From: Octopus bimaculoides
Taxonomy: Eukaryota
DNA: 64,000 bases
Direction: 5' to 3'
Assembly: GCF_001194135.2 (NCBI RefSeq)
Contig: NC_068984.1
Coordinates: 126,719,517 to 126,783,516, forward strand
Part shown: one piece after another, positions 27,724 to 40,346 of the stretch
Numbering within the stretch: the stretch's first letter is position 1
Layout of the letters: each line of letters starts with the position of its first letter
The notes under the pieces: generated by a model
What the model was told of the DNA's origin: nothing
The model's input: the letters and a program-made list of their open reading frames with translations, nothing else
The model's database searches: none
Position numbers and translations under genes: made by a program

Positions 27724-27834
27724 TCACCTCCTGCCTCTGCGCTTCATTGCCAGTGTACATTGTTGACAGAACCATTTACCTTTCGGAGCTTGAGTAAGTC
27801 CTACACAACCATAATGGAACCACTCCATTGGACA
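27724..27834 (-). CDS. ING3: ING3 exon 11 ([36 protein letters not shown])
   Basis: ttttcag acceptor, C-half of the PHD finger, TGA stop. Confidence 0.97.
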   Translation of the reverse strand, partial: CPMEWFHYGCVGLTQAPKGKWFCQQCTLAMKRRGRR

Positions 27835-29456
27835 CTGAAAAGAGAGAAAAATAAGGATATGGTCAGTGAAGGTAGTGAGATGATGATGGTTGACAGACAT
27901 GGGTAGTTATGGTGGTGTAAGGATACAAATAGACAAGAGATAGTCCTTCATAGTTGAATGGGTGGTGGTATTGTGAAGATATGGACAGAGACTTAGTCGT
28001 TTGTAGTGCTGGGGGGATATCCTCTGAGAGGTAGAATTATCAGTTGTGGTGGTGGTCATTATGAGGGTGTCAGGATATGGACAAAAGTAGTTTCAGTTGT
28101 CTATATGTAGGCCAGTGAGAAACTTTGGATTGTACTTGGAATCACCTTGAGTCTTGTGTTCTTTTGTATCAATCTTTCCCTCTTCTTTAAATTGTCTATA
28201 CACATTATAAGCTGTTGCTTTTGGAAGTTTCGTCAACTTAACAATTTTATTGGCAGTGTGCCCAGTGCATGCCAAAACAACAATGGCGGAACAATTCTGT
28301 TGTTCCATGACGTTCTGTTGTCGAATCAGTTTGTTATTTACCTCAAAAATTAAGAGGAGGATTAGATGATTAGATTTTCAAGCAAAGATTTGTCCAAAAA
28401 TGAAACGTTAAATCCACTATGTCAACTGCTGAAAATTGGTCTCAATTTATCTGCAAGACCCTGTACGTATATTATATGAGAGAAAGAAATAGGTGACAAA
28501 TATATGAAGTGATGCGGTGTGACAACAAATGGCATACTTCTGGCAAGGTAACTTCCCCTTAAACTTTCTTAATATCTCTCTTGATTAATAAAGTGTTCAC
28601 ACACCACAGCTTATAAGTCATCTCTCTCTCTAGATCAACACTGCCAACTTAGCAACTAAAACTCTCAAGTTACATCCAACCATCTTTAAAAATGACATGT
28701 TGGATAACGTGCACCTGATTCCTATACATAAAAGGCAAGATGGCTATGGTTGGAACTCTTTTGATCACAAGTCTGCTTACTGAGGGAGCTATCTGGAGCT
28801 AAACAATATCAAATTCTCTTTAGATTAACATATTACTGACTGACTACCACTTAAGGCCTCTTGATTCACCATTTAATACTCATTGCATTATTGTTGTGGT
28901 AACTATTTCAGACCGACTGATCATTAATCTGGGAGTGATGTGTCTACATGATAAGGGGTCAGTTATATTTGAAACAGTAATAGCTATTTTATAACATCAA
29001 CAAAGAATTGGAGGAGAAAACTGTACAAGCCTAATTAAAACAACAGTATAGCACCAGCTGGATATCAAGTAATTTTAGACAGGTGGCCATAGCTGCCTTT
29101 GGTTGTTATAATTCCTGTAAATGGAAGGGGAAAAAAGAGTAAGGATGAAAGGGAAAGGGTGAGAAGCAATAAAAGTAAACAAGGAACTCACATCATCGTT
29201 ATCACAGCCAACCATATCTCCATAGGAAACATTATTACATATACAGTAACGAGGTTCGTTAGGGTCTTGCCAATCAACAGGCTGACCATTCTCATCAACT
29301 ATCTGAAGTTCATTAGAATATTCCTCGGCCCCTATCTGCGGTGAGGTGATAGTTGTATTTGAACTACTACCCACTACTAGATGGGCAGGTTGAATCTGTG
29401 CTGGTTGTGTCTGCTGCTGCGGCTGCTGTGGCTGCGGCAGTGGTGGTGGTGGTGGT

Positions 29457-29506
<50 letters not shown>

Positions 29507-29568
29507 AGATGGTGGTGGTAGTGGTTGTTGTTGCTGTTGCTGTTGTTGCTGCTGTTGCTGCTGCTGCT

Positions 29569-29612
<44 letters not shown>

Positions 29613-32600
29613 TGAGCAGCCTGTTGGGCCACCACTGCTGCTTGTTGGTGCTGGTTGGCAGCAGCAACAGCAGCAGCTGCCGCCGCCGCTGCTGCTTTTG
29701 ACTGTCTGTTAAAGAGAAAGAAAATAAGACACAGTTACAATGCAGTAGAGCAGAAATATGGTGGAGAAAATGTCATCTCATAACAGCCAATCTCCTTACA
29801 GTCACTACAAAAATATTAGCCAGAAAACCAGGATATTATCTTAAAAACTGTTGTAAAACTTCACAAAATATCACCTACACTCCAGGACAGAATTTCAAAA
29901 CTGGTCCTTTCTATACTTAAGTGCTACAGCTAACAGACTACTCAAAAAGAATTATCAGGGTATACTCTATGTTACAAATTGAAGGCACATGGCTCAGTGG
30001 TTAGAGCATTGAGCTAACGATCGTGAGGTCGTGAGTATGATTCCCAGATCAGGCTGCGTGTTGTGTTCTTGAGCAAGACACTTTATTTCACATTGCTCCA
30101 TTTTCACTCAGCTGTAGAAACGAGTTGCAACATCACTGGTACCAAGCTGTATCGGCCTTTGCCTTGGATAACATCGGTGGCATGGAGATGGGAGGGTGGT
30201 ATGGGTGACTCCTGGTCTTCCATAAAAACAATCCTAGGTTGTGCGTCTGCCGGTGAGGCGGCTTTCCACCTAGACTTGTACCCCAGAGGAGAACCTCTTA
30301 GGTGCACACACGGTCATTCGTGACCAACAGAGTCGAGTTTATTCTATGTTACTTATATAGCTCTAGATTTTCTAACAGCTAAAAACTAAACCCTGTAACC
30401 CTGACCTAACCACAGCAGGTCCCAGATATTTATAGCTCTAGATGTGAGAAAACATATGGTGAAATTCACATATTTTGGTAAGTCTGCATGCCATAAGGAG
30501 ATGACAACTGACTGTTGTTTTTCTCTGCAAACCAGTATGATCACTCCATCATGTTTCAAACACATTTTATCGAAGATAACATAATCCAATATACCTTTTC
30601 TCCTTGAAGATGATATGAATGAAATTTTCCTGCTGTTTCTAGGATGCTAAGCAAATGCATAAAGGATCTTTGTAGTTTCACTGGGCTTTGGTTTATATTT
30701 ATTATAAGAAAACATAGGGATCCTTTTATCTTTGAGAGAAAACAGTTTATCAGAGCTTTGTCACAAACCTCAAAATGTTTAGCAGTCTATTATTATCATA
30801 TTAAGCCTGTTTCCCAACCATATCACTCAGTCAGAGACAAAATGGGATAGCAGAAAGTGAAAATAAAATACTTAAGTGAGTTCAATAAACAGTCTGTAGA
30901 AATCTAGAACAACAGGTTTACCACAAGAACTATCATGAATACAGTACAAACATTCTAACACATATATACACAAGTGTTAACTAGTGTGCCTGGCGATTAG
31001 GATCAATTCTAGATGGTGCTAATGGCAGAAGTAGGGAGTTGTGAAAGCAGTAATTCTAATAGCTGTTCATTAAAGAGAGACAAAACAGAGATGTAAGAAG
31101 CTGACATTAAAGCAATTATCTAACAATGAAAGTAGCAGAGTTGTTCCAAAACAAATATTTATCACTATGTAAGAAATAAGGCCTGATTAGTGGTAGTAGT
31201 GGTGGTAACAACAGCAATTCTGCTATATCACAACTAATACATACTATACAGTGGTCACTGATCTAGTTGTGTCTTGAGTGACAGAATTTATATGATCTCT
31301 AATCGAAATATTGGTTAATAGACAAGAGTTGATACACAAAGCATAGTTTGATTGATGTTTTGCGAAGGTGCTGATGATGGTAGTGTGGATGGTGAAGAGA
31401 AATTTAATTTTTAAAAAAAGGGTGAGAGAGAAGTTGACAGAATTAAACAAATAGATAAGAGGGGGGGGGGGAGAAAGATAGCCACACAAAGTATTAGGGA
31501 TGAAACTTGCTATCTGTGTATATAATGTATGCATTATTACACTACGTGGAGATATATATACACACATTTACTCTGTGTATGACACAGGTATGGTCAAATG
31601 GTTAAGAAATTTGCTTCACAATCATGAAGTCTTGAGTTCAATCCTACTGTAGGTCAGTCTGAGAGTGAAGATGGGTCAACAGAAACTATGTGGAAGCCTG
31701 TTGGATGAATTGTAATTGTAATCCAAAAGGCCAGCCTTGCCACACTGAGTTACATAGATTTTATCTGAGGATGGATAAAGGGTAAAAACTCCCTTCGGTC
31801 ATGAATGGCTGTAGGATTGCACCTAGAAAGTTCCCCTCCAAGTCACCAGTCCAGGCAACACTGTCTATGGAAGACCAGCAGTTGCCTATGCATACTAGCC
31901 CTCGCTCTCTACACCACTGATGTTATCCAAGGGAAAGTCAAAGGCCAATACAGCTTGGCATCAGTGATGTCACAACTCATTTCTACAGTTGAGTGAACTG
32001 GAGCAACATAAAATAAAGTGTCTTGCTCAAGATCACAACACACAGCCTGGCCTGGGAATCAAACACACTACCTCGTGATTGTGAGCCCAACATTCTAACC
32101 ACTGAGCCATGCGTATAGGAGTTTGTGGAATGCTCAGCCACTGATATTATAATGCAATGAATAACTATTTCAAACATCATAAATATTATCAAAGTCAACA
32201 TAAGATTCATTTACTATGAGTCTGGAATGTAAATGTGTGTAACTATACAACAGTTCTACCATTACTATGTGTATATAAGAAAAAAGAGGACATAAAATAA
32301 AGCTCCTTCAAGAGTCACAGAGACTTATAAGGCCAGTTTCTCAGTTTCTGTGGTAATTATATTACCCCCATGGATAGAACACCAGCCCGTTGCAAGAGCA
32401 TTCATTTTTGCCAGCTAAGTAAACTGAAGCAACATGAAATGAAGTGCTTTGCTGCAGAATGCATTGCTCAGTTCAGGAATTGAAACCACAATCGTACAAT
32501 GAGTCCAACACCCTAACCACTAAGCCATGTGCCTCCACTATTACTAAGTGTGTATGTGCATGTTTATCTTGGGACATAAACTCATTTGTGTGCATATATG

Positions 32601-35600
32601 TATGTATACATGTATTCTGCTCTATATCTGTGTATATTGTCCACCACCACTACCAACATGTAACAGTCATTTAACTATCTATAGCTAGAGAGTGTAATTA
32701 ACTATAAGTTGCCTTAGTTGCTTGTGAGAGATTAGTAAACATGAGACTGACATCAATAAAATCAAATGGTAACAACTGATTACATATCAAAACATTTAAT
32801 ACAATTTGGCAAAAAAAGAATATTCTGGACTATATACCTGACCATGTATATGGAGCTGTGCGTATATAAATATGTTAAGCACTTATCTACTCATCAATCA
32901 CACTAAACAGCCTCCATATATAAAGTGAAGTACAAGATGGTATTTTATCTAATTAATATTTTAGCAAACAGGGATGTTGCAGTATCCATGCCCCTTCCCA
33001 AGAACATTAATTGGGAGTAAGAACAATCGAATAGCTTTAGCTGTGAATTGAAAAATTTGTCATAGATTCAGCTTGCTGGAAATCAACCTCCTATAGTTGA
33101 ATAGTGTTCCTTTACAGTACTGTATTTAAACACTGCTGCTTAAAGCATCAGATTGTTAAAAGCTGATTTCTTTTAGCCCTGCTCAACAGTACATAGTCCG
33201 GTATATAGTCCAGCAACAACAATAACAACAACAAAATACGAACAAATTGATTAAAATACATATTACAAAATTAAATAAGATGGTATTGCTTTAAGTTGAA
33301 ATAATGGCATGTGGTCACTCTTGACCAGTATCCAGACCAAATTAATATCAATCAGATGTTACTGACCATGCAGCTAGATATAGTAGTAATAGTTAGACGA
33401 GAGCAAGGTTAGTACTATGGCTGAAGGCGTGACTTGCTGAGAAGAACTCCTTCAGAAATGGTTTAGTAAAGGCAGGAAGTGTGGTGTATTTGAACAAATT
33501 CCACAGGTAGTTCAGACGATTAGTTGGTCATGGTGGGATGGGAAGCAGTCAGTTGTTTCATCAACTAAACAAAGGAAAGAATGACCAGGTTTGAGTTTCC
33601 TTCAAATGTAACCAATTCCATCAAGCATGAATGGCAATAACCATAGACTACCTCTATCGCAGAAGTCAGTGTCAGACTGATTTTAACGAAATGGTGAGCA
33701 GAATTCATCACAAACACTAAATGGTGTACATCACAAACTAATTAAATAGTTGTGTTTGTTCACCACTGACATCTGACGCTGGTGTTCACCACTGATATTC
33801 AAAGTTAGTGTTTAACACAGACACTACATAGTGGTCTGCACCACTGATATTAAATAGCAGCATTTATACCTGACATTAAATGTAGCTGGGACCACAGGCA
33901 CTTAATGATAATGTCTGCCCAGTGTCACACCAAAGACTCTCAGCACTGGGGTACACATAGACACTTTTGGTATGCCCATCTTAATTTACAGGGAATGTAT
34001 GCTAGATGGAATTTTGTGCCTTTCCTGCCTGCACCTGGCAAGTAATTTCTCCCTCTTGACTCCCCCGCTAACCCAATCGCTGCTATGCTTCTGGGTTCAC
34101 AACTGCTACTAATCAGTGGTGTTTGCTACTGACATTAAATGAGACAGTAACAACAGATGCTCAATGCTGCACTCCCCACAACAAATCTAGCGTTTTTCAA
34201 AGGCATTGAATATTTTAGACATATTCTGATCATTTAGATTGTGCCATACTGACTGCAAACATTGTTGTTCGCTATACCATAATGGCCATTAACATCGCCC
34301 ATCATATTATACTAACTATAAATACTGTCACACTCTAGTATGATCCCTCACTATGTTTATAGTTAAACATAATCACACCTCAATGTCATATATTGACCAT
34401 AAATACTGCTTTTCTATAGTATCATGATGCTGCTCACTATGAAGTATGAGTGAACATTGCATTTATCATTTGAAGTGATCCAACTGTCTGACAACACTAC
34501 CATCAGGTTGTTCACACCACTAGACTAGCTGTAGCAACAAGGAGGAAGAGTGAGTAGGAATGATAAAAGACGTGAAATAATGTTAGTTTGGCATTAATCT
34601 AGGAGGAAAGAGAAATTGCAACATTTACAGTAGGCAACGGGACAGAAGCTGACAGTTAAGTCACACAGTACAAACAACTTATGTGGTAGCACACCAGGCT
34701 CCACTATTCTTTGTATGGTGTGAATAACTGACAACTTTTTTTTTTTTTTTTTTTTTAACGAAGAAGGAATGAATGATTGTAAATGCAATTAACCAAACAT
34801 CCATGTGTATATGTATACATGTGTATGTGCGAATGTAAATATCTATAAACGTTCTTAAATTCAAACACACATACACATGGATGTNNNNNNNNNNNNNNNN
34901 NNNNNNNNNNNNNNNNNNNNNNNNNNNNNNNNNNNNNNNNNNNNNNNNNNNNNNNNNNNNNNNNNNNNNNNNNNNNNNNNNNNNNNNNNNNNNNNNNNNN
35001 NNNNNNNNNNNNNNNNNNNNNNNNNNNNNNNNNNNNNNNNNNNNNNNNNNNNNNNNNNNNNNNNNNNNNNNNNNNNNNNNNNNNNNNNNNNNNNNNNNNN
35101 NNNNNNNNNNNNTAAAAAAAAAAAAAAAAAAAAAAAAAAACAGAGGCACTTAGAAAGACTCACTTGGTTATTCGCCGCCTGTTTAAATGAGGAGGAAATG
35201 TAGAGAGGGAATTTAGAATTTAGACCAAACAGTCAGGAAGAAATTGAAAATGAGGCATAATTTTAATGACAAAGAAGGTTTAGCTGCAAATGAAGAAGCA
35301 GTATTTTAACGGGTTCACACTAAACAATTACCATAGCAACAGATAAGATATAGCTCAAATGACATGTATACGTGTGGGGGGGAAAAAAATAAATAACCTG
35401 CCACATTACTTAACATTTAAAAAAAAAATTGCACATGCTGATAGCTTTGTTAATGAGTATCAAATGCAAACCCTCTCTTTCTCTTTCACTCTCATAATGA
35501 ATTCACTAGGGTACGTTAAAACTAGTAACAAGCATTCTACACACACACACACACAAATATGTTGGTAACATGCTGCAAAGATGGATATGTATGTGTGTGT

Positions 35601-35641
35601 GTATGTATATATACATATTATATATATATATGTGCACAAAT

Positions 35642-35707
<66 letters not shown>

Positions 35708-35937
35708 TATCTATAAAGAGAACAGCAAGCATAAGTGCATAAAAAAAGAGACATTTAACATTGAAATACTTTTGACATAAAGATCAAACAAAATTATACA
35801 TTTTGATTAAAAAAAGACAATTTTGAACACATAAGTAGTAAACTGGAATTAATTGTACAGATCAGCTGAATCAAGTCTAATCTAGAAATACACATTATAA
35901 TCTTAAACTATTTGAAATTTGTGTCAACACCTAGTGG

Positions 35938-35978
<41 letters not shown>

Positions 35979-38900
35979 GATGACTGGTATTTGAAAAGCC
36001 TTCTACTTGGATAATTTAAGATCTATGGTAAGGGGAGTAATTCTTCAAAAGGCTGCTATACCTCGTACTGTTTTATAACAGTTGGTTTGGTGGAACAACT
36101 TTACAATTCAAAACTAATATCTATATTTTAATAGTGATCTATCAGTGACCAGTCACTGACATTTCAGTCATTCATCTATAGTTTAAAACAAAAGTAGGAA
36201 AAGAAAACTGAATAGACATGATAAGAAATTTCAGCCACTCATGGAAAGATATCAATTATAAAAAGAAATCATTGTGGCATTGCTATTTCAGTCATCCATC
36301 CATGGTTTAAGACGAAAGTAGGAAAAGAAAACTGAATAGATACTTTCAGCCATTCATTGAAAGATATCAATTATCAAAAGAAATTATTGTGGTCTCAATC
36401 TCCCTGGATAGCAAAGGGTACCTTTTTCACTATTGAGTTGCAAGTGGTAGGGAGTGCATCTAGCTGTAAAGATATCTGCTCCAACATAACCAAAATATAT
36501 AAAATTGTAACAACAAAACCCTCTTTCAAGGGACATTAAAATTCTTCAATTTTTGTTGTGATGAAAACAAAAAATGAAGGACTGCCACAATCGGTGGTAT
36601 CTGACATATTTCATTAACAAGATTTAGAGAAACAGAAAAGATGATGTGAAGCACCTTATGAAATATAAAGGATCTATAGTAAATATGAAGCGAAGAAGAT
36701 TGTAGAGATGACCTATAGAAATGGTTCTAATAGTTAAGGAAAGCAGAATTCAGATGAATTAAACAGAAACAGTTGTCAACAGAATAGATATGAAGAATTT
36801 AAAGTAACAATGAAAGGTAAAATTCTCACATAGGTGATATATAAAGTCTAAACTATTAGAGAAGTGGAAATTACAGCAGTGTCCAATTGTATGGTCTATC
36901 CACTATGGAATGACATTATGCAATACAAAATTAGATCCATTGTAACAATGAGAGAACTCAATGAGAGAATTCATAATATTCATTCTATGTTATGACAACT
37001 TGGCACATATAAAAAAATGTTTTACACATTCAAGTCATATATGAGGATTATACAAAAGTAATGCAAGTGAGCAATATAACTTATTAACTGCAATAGGTTA
37101 TTCAAATTGCACATGTTGGTATACTAAGTATAGTAACCATTTTTACTTGTCTTTATTGCAGACAAAAAATAGGGTTTCAAATAGAAGCAATGTGCAATTA
37201 TTGAGTTCCTGATGAAGGAGTGGTGCAGGATGTCCAGCATCCACACAAGGTGACAGGTCGTATATAAAGATAACACCAGAAGAATGAAGAAGTTTAAAGG
37301 AGAAACCAGTAGTGAAGACAAACCATGCAGCTGGAGACCATCTATTGTGACCCGTGATGCAAATCACCAGCAAATGGATGAACTGATATGCATAGACAAA
37401 TGAGTCACCATCTGTGAGCTTGCTGAACCACTGGACTGTGGTCACAATGTTTAACAAAAGATGGGAGATTTTGGGTATCATGCAGTGTGTACAAAATGGG
37501 TACTTTGGCAGTTGACATCTGATTTGAAGGAGAGAAGAACAGAAGTCTGATCTGATATGCTGGAAAGTGCTTGAAACGTGGGTACATGTCTATCATCTTG
37601 AAATGAAGACTCAGTCCATGGAATGGTATGACGTCTCTTTTCCCACAACTAAGAAGTTCAAGTGTCAGCAACAGAATGTCATGGTAACTGTTTTAGGAGA
37701 TGACAAAAGCATCCTTCTCCTTGATTTTTCAGGAACACTGTTGTACTGTGAACCACAAGTGGTACAATGAAACACTCAAAAAGCTTATCTAGAAGAAGAG
37801 ACTGAACAAAAATCTGAAAACAATCTACATTCACTCTTGACAATGCATGATCACACACATCGTTGGCAAGAAATCAGGTAATCCTCAAATTAGGCTGATC
37901 AGTGATCCCTCATCCACCATACAACTCAGATCTGGTGTTTGACTTTCATCTGTTTGTTCCACTGAATGAAGGCCTTCAGAAACAATTTTGATGATACAGA
38001 TGTGGTAAATTTGGTAGGGAAGAAGTGTATACAACAGTGTACATCTGAAATTTTTCCAAAGAGTATTTGAGAGTTGGGTGCAACAATGGTACAAATGCAT
38101 CACTTGTAGTGAATAGTACATTTTGTATTGAAGAAGAGTTACTCTACAAATATGCACAATTTGAATGATCTATATCAAGTTAATAAGAAATGTTATGCCC
38201 AGTTTGCTTTATTTTCAGTACAATCCTCATATTAACTTAAAAATACCACCACCATGGCACTCCTAGTCTATGAGCCCTTAATGATTTTGGTGATAGGGAC
38301 TCTCCTTCTTCTAACAACAAACTGTATAAATACACACATCTTTGACTAACAGGGAAATTATAGAAAAGACATTAAGGTTCAACATATAATTTAATCAATA
38401 CTGAAACAACATTAATTCTTTCAGAGCCATATTATCAACAGCTCAAGCTATCACAAATAATGAAACAGCCATGTAACTGAAACTAGAGGTGACTGACAGT
38501 ACCTCATGAATCGAGTGAAATACAGTTGAGACTTCAACTAAAGTCAAGATGACTGTGAAACAGTTAAATTATACAATATATGTTAGCATGGCTGGGGTGA
38601 AATAGTAATGAGTTTTACGAAAGACACCATTGAAAATTTACTTGTGGCTTTACTCAGTTACTATCTAAAATTTTGTTAACTTAATCAAGAACATTAATGA
38701 GTTTTATAAAGGCTACTTAGAAAAATCAAGGAGTATATTAGCAAGCTCAGCAAGCCAAGGGTTAAAGTCTGGCAATATAACATAGGTCCATTAAGATTAT
38801 TGAGACACACACAATTAATAGTGGCTTGTGTCATTTTGATTCTAACACCACCCTTCTACTAACATATCAGTAGGGTGAAGATGGAGATACTGAATAATAG

Positions 38901-40303
38901 AACAGAGTACTGAAGGACATTTGCTTGGTCCATTCTATGAGCCTTTGGTGACATTTTGGTCTATGGTTGCTAATTGGTTCAGGAGCTGGATAATTGACTC
39001 AAAGGTCAGGAGTTCAAATTTTTTCGAAGTCATTATATATACTCCACAGATATGACACTAATTGACTTAGTCAACAATGGTTTGTATATAAATGTAAGAT
39101 CTTAAAGAACAATGGTAGAGCTGGAATAACCTATCCTAGCTAATAGACTCTACAACTCTGTATAAGAATAATAAAAGTTGTACTGGACTAAAATACAATA
39201 CAATCAACACCATAGACCATCTTTCTTTGAAGCTTCACCAAGCTGTAGCAAATGGTGCATTGGATGAGAAATATAGTCCCATTTGTGATACTGATGCCAC
39301 ATACATGCTACCCATATCCAGCTGCTTGGATTAGCAAGAACATCTAATCAGGTAAGACAAGACATCAAACCAGGTCTAAGTGAATATGGTACCACTGAAC
39401 CTAAAACTAGTGCTGTTGTTGATGATGATAATGGTAACGATGGTGGTGGTCTGTAATAGCTAATTAAAACTAAAAGGACTTACTTCTTTGAACGTGGCGC
39501 CCTTGGAGTAGTTCCGCTGCTAATCGGAGCAGTTTCTACTACTGGTGGTGTAGGTGTACAATTAGCACTGGAATTGAAAGCAATTTCTTTACCAAATGAC
39601 AGCTCCTTTGCAATATCAGCTGGCCTGCTCATCGATACAATGCTGGCTTTCATGCTAGGAGTACGGCGACCCTGTGCCATCTGAAATACACAAATAAAGA
39701 GATATTTGTCAAGGTTTGTAACAGTAACAAAAATACATATAAGCTCTTCTTCATTCAAAATTATTTTAAGATCATGCCATAAGGAGAAGTCTACAGAATT
39801 ACAAGTGTATGTGTGTATATTTATATATGGATACAATATCTCAGTAACAAAAAAAAAAAAAACTATGTGTAGATATCAAACAGGTTGTATAAAATATTTG
39901 GACAACATGAAATAGGTGTGCAAACTTATCTGGGGAAACAATTCAAGAATCATCCCTTATTCTACAAGAAAATCAAAAGTGGTATAAGCTAAAGTGTTGG
40001 GTATCTTACTACAACTATTCTGTTTTACCCCTGAACAAAGCATACAGCTTTTCATGTTCCAGTTTCCACTCCTGCATCATAGTAGGATGGTGAATAGTAT
40101 GTGCTAAGAAAGATATAATTCAGTTGTTTTAAGAAAAAGAAAAAAAAAAGAATCTTGCTTCAACAAATAAATCATCACAGAATGAGCTAGTGAGGGTGTT
40201 TCAAGTGTCACTCCATAAATTAGAAATTACACACCTTACTGTCTTAAAAAAAAAAGACAGACACATTGGATAATGGTAGTCCAGTGTGTGTATATGTGTG
40301 TGC

Positions 40304-40346
<43 letters not shown>

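Noticed and set aside
29099-29712. Overlapping ORFs 29099-29344 (+), 29353-29712 (+) and 29377-29667 (-)
   Set aside because: They are antisense or alternative-frame shadows of the CAG/CAA-rich ING3 exon 10.
29985-30060. tRNA-like heads (A and B boxes) at many positions
   Set aside because: No cloverleaf, and each continues into a SINE body, so these are not tRNA genes.
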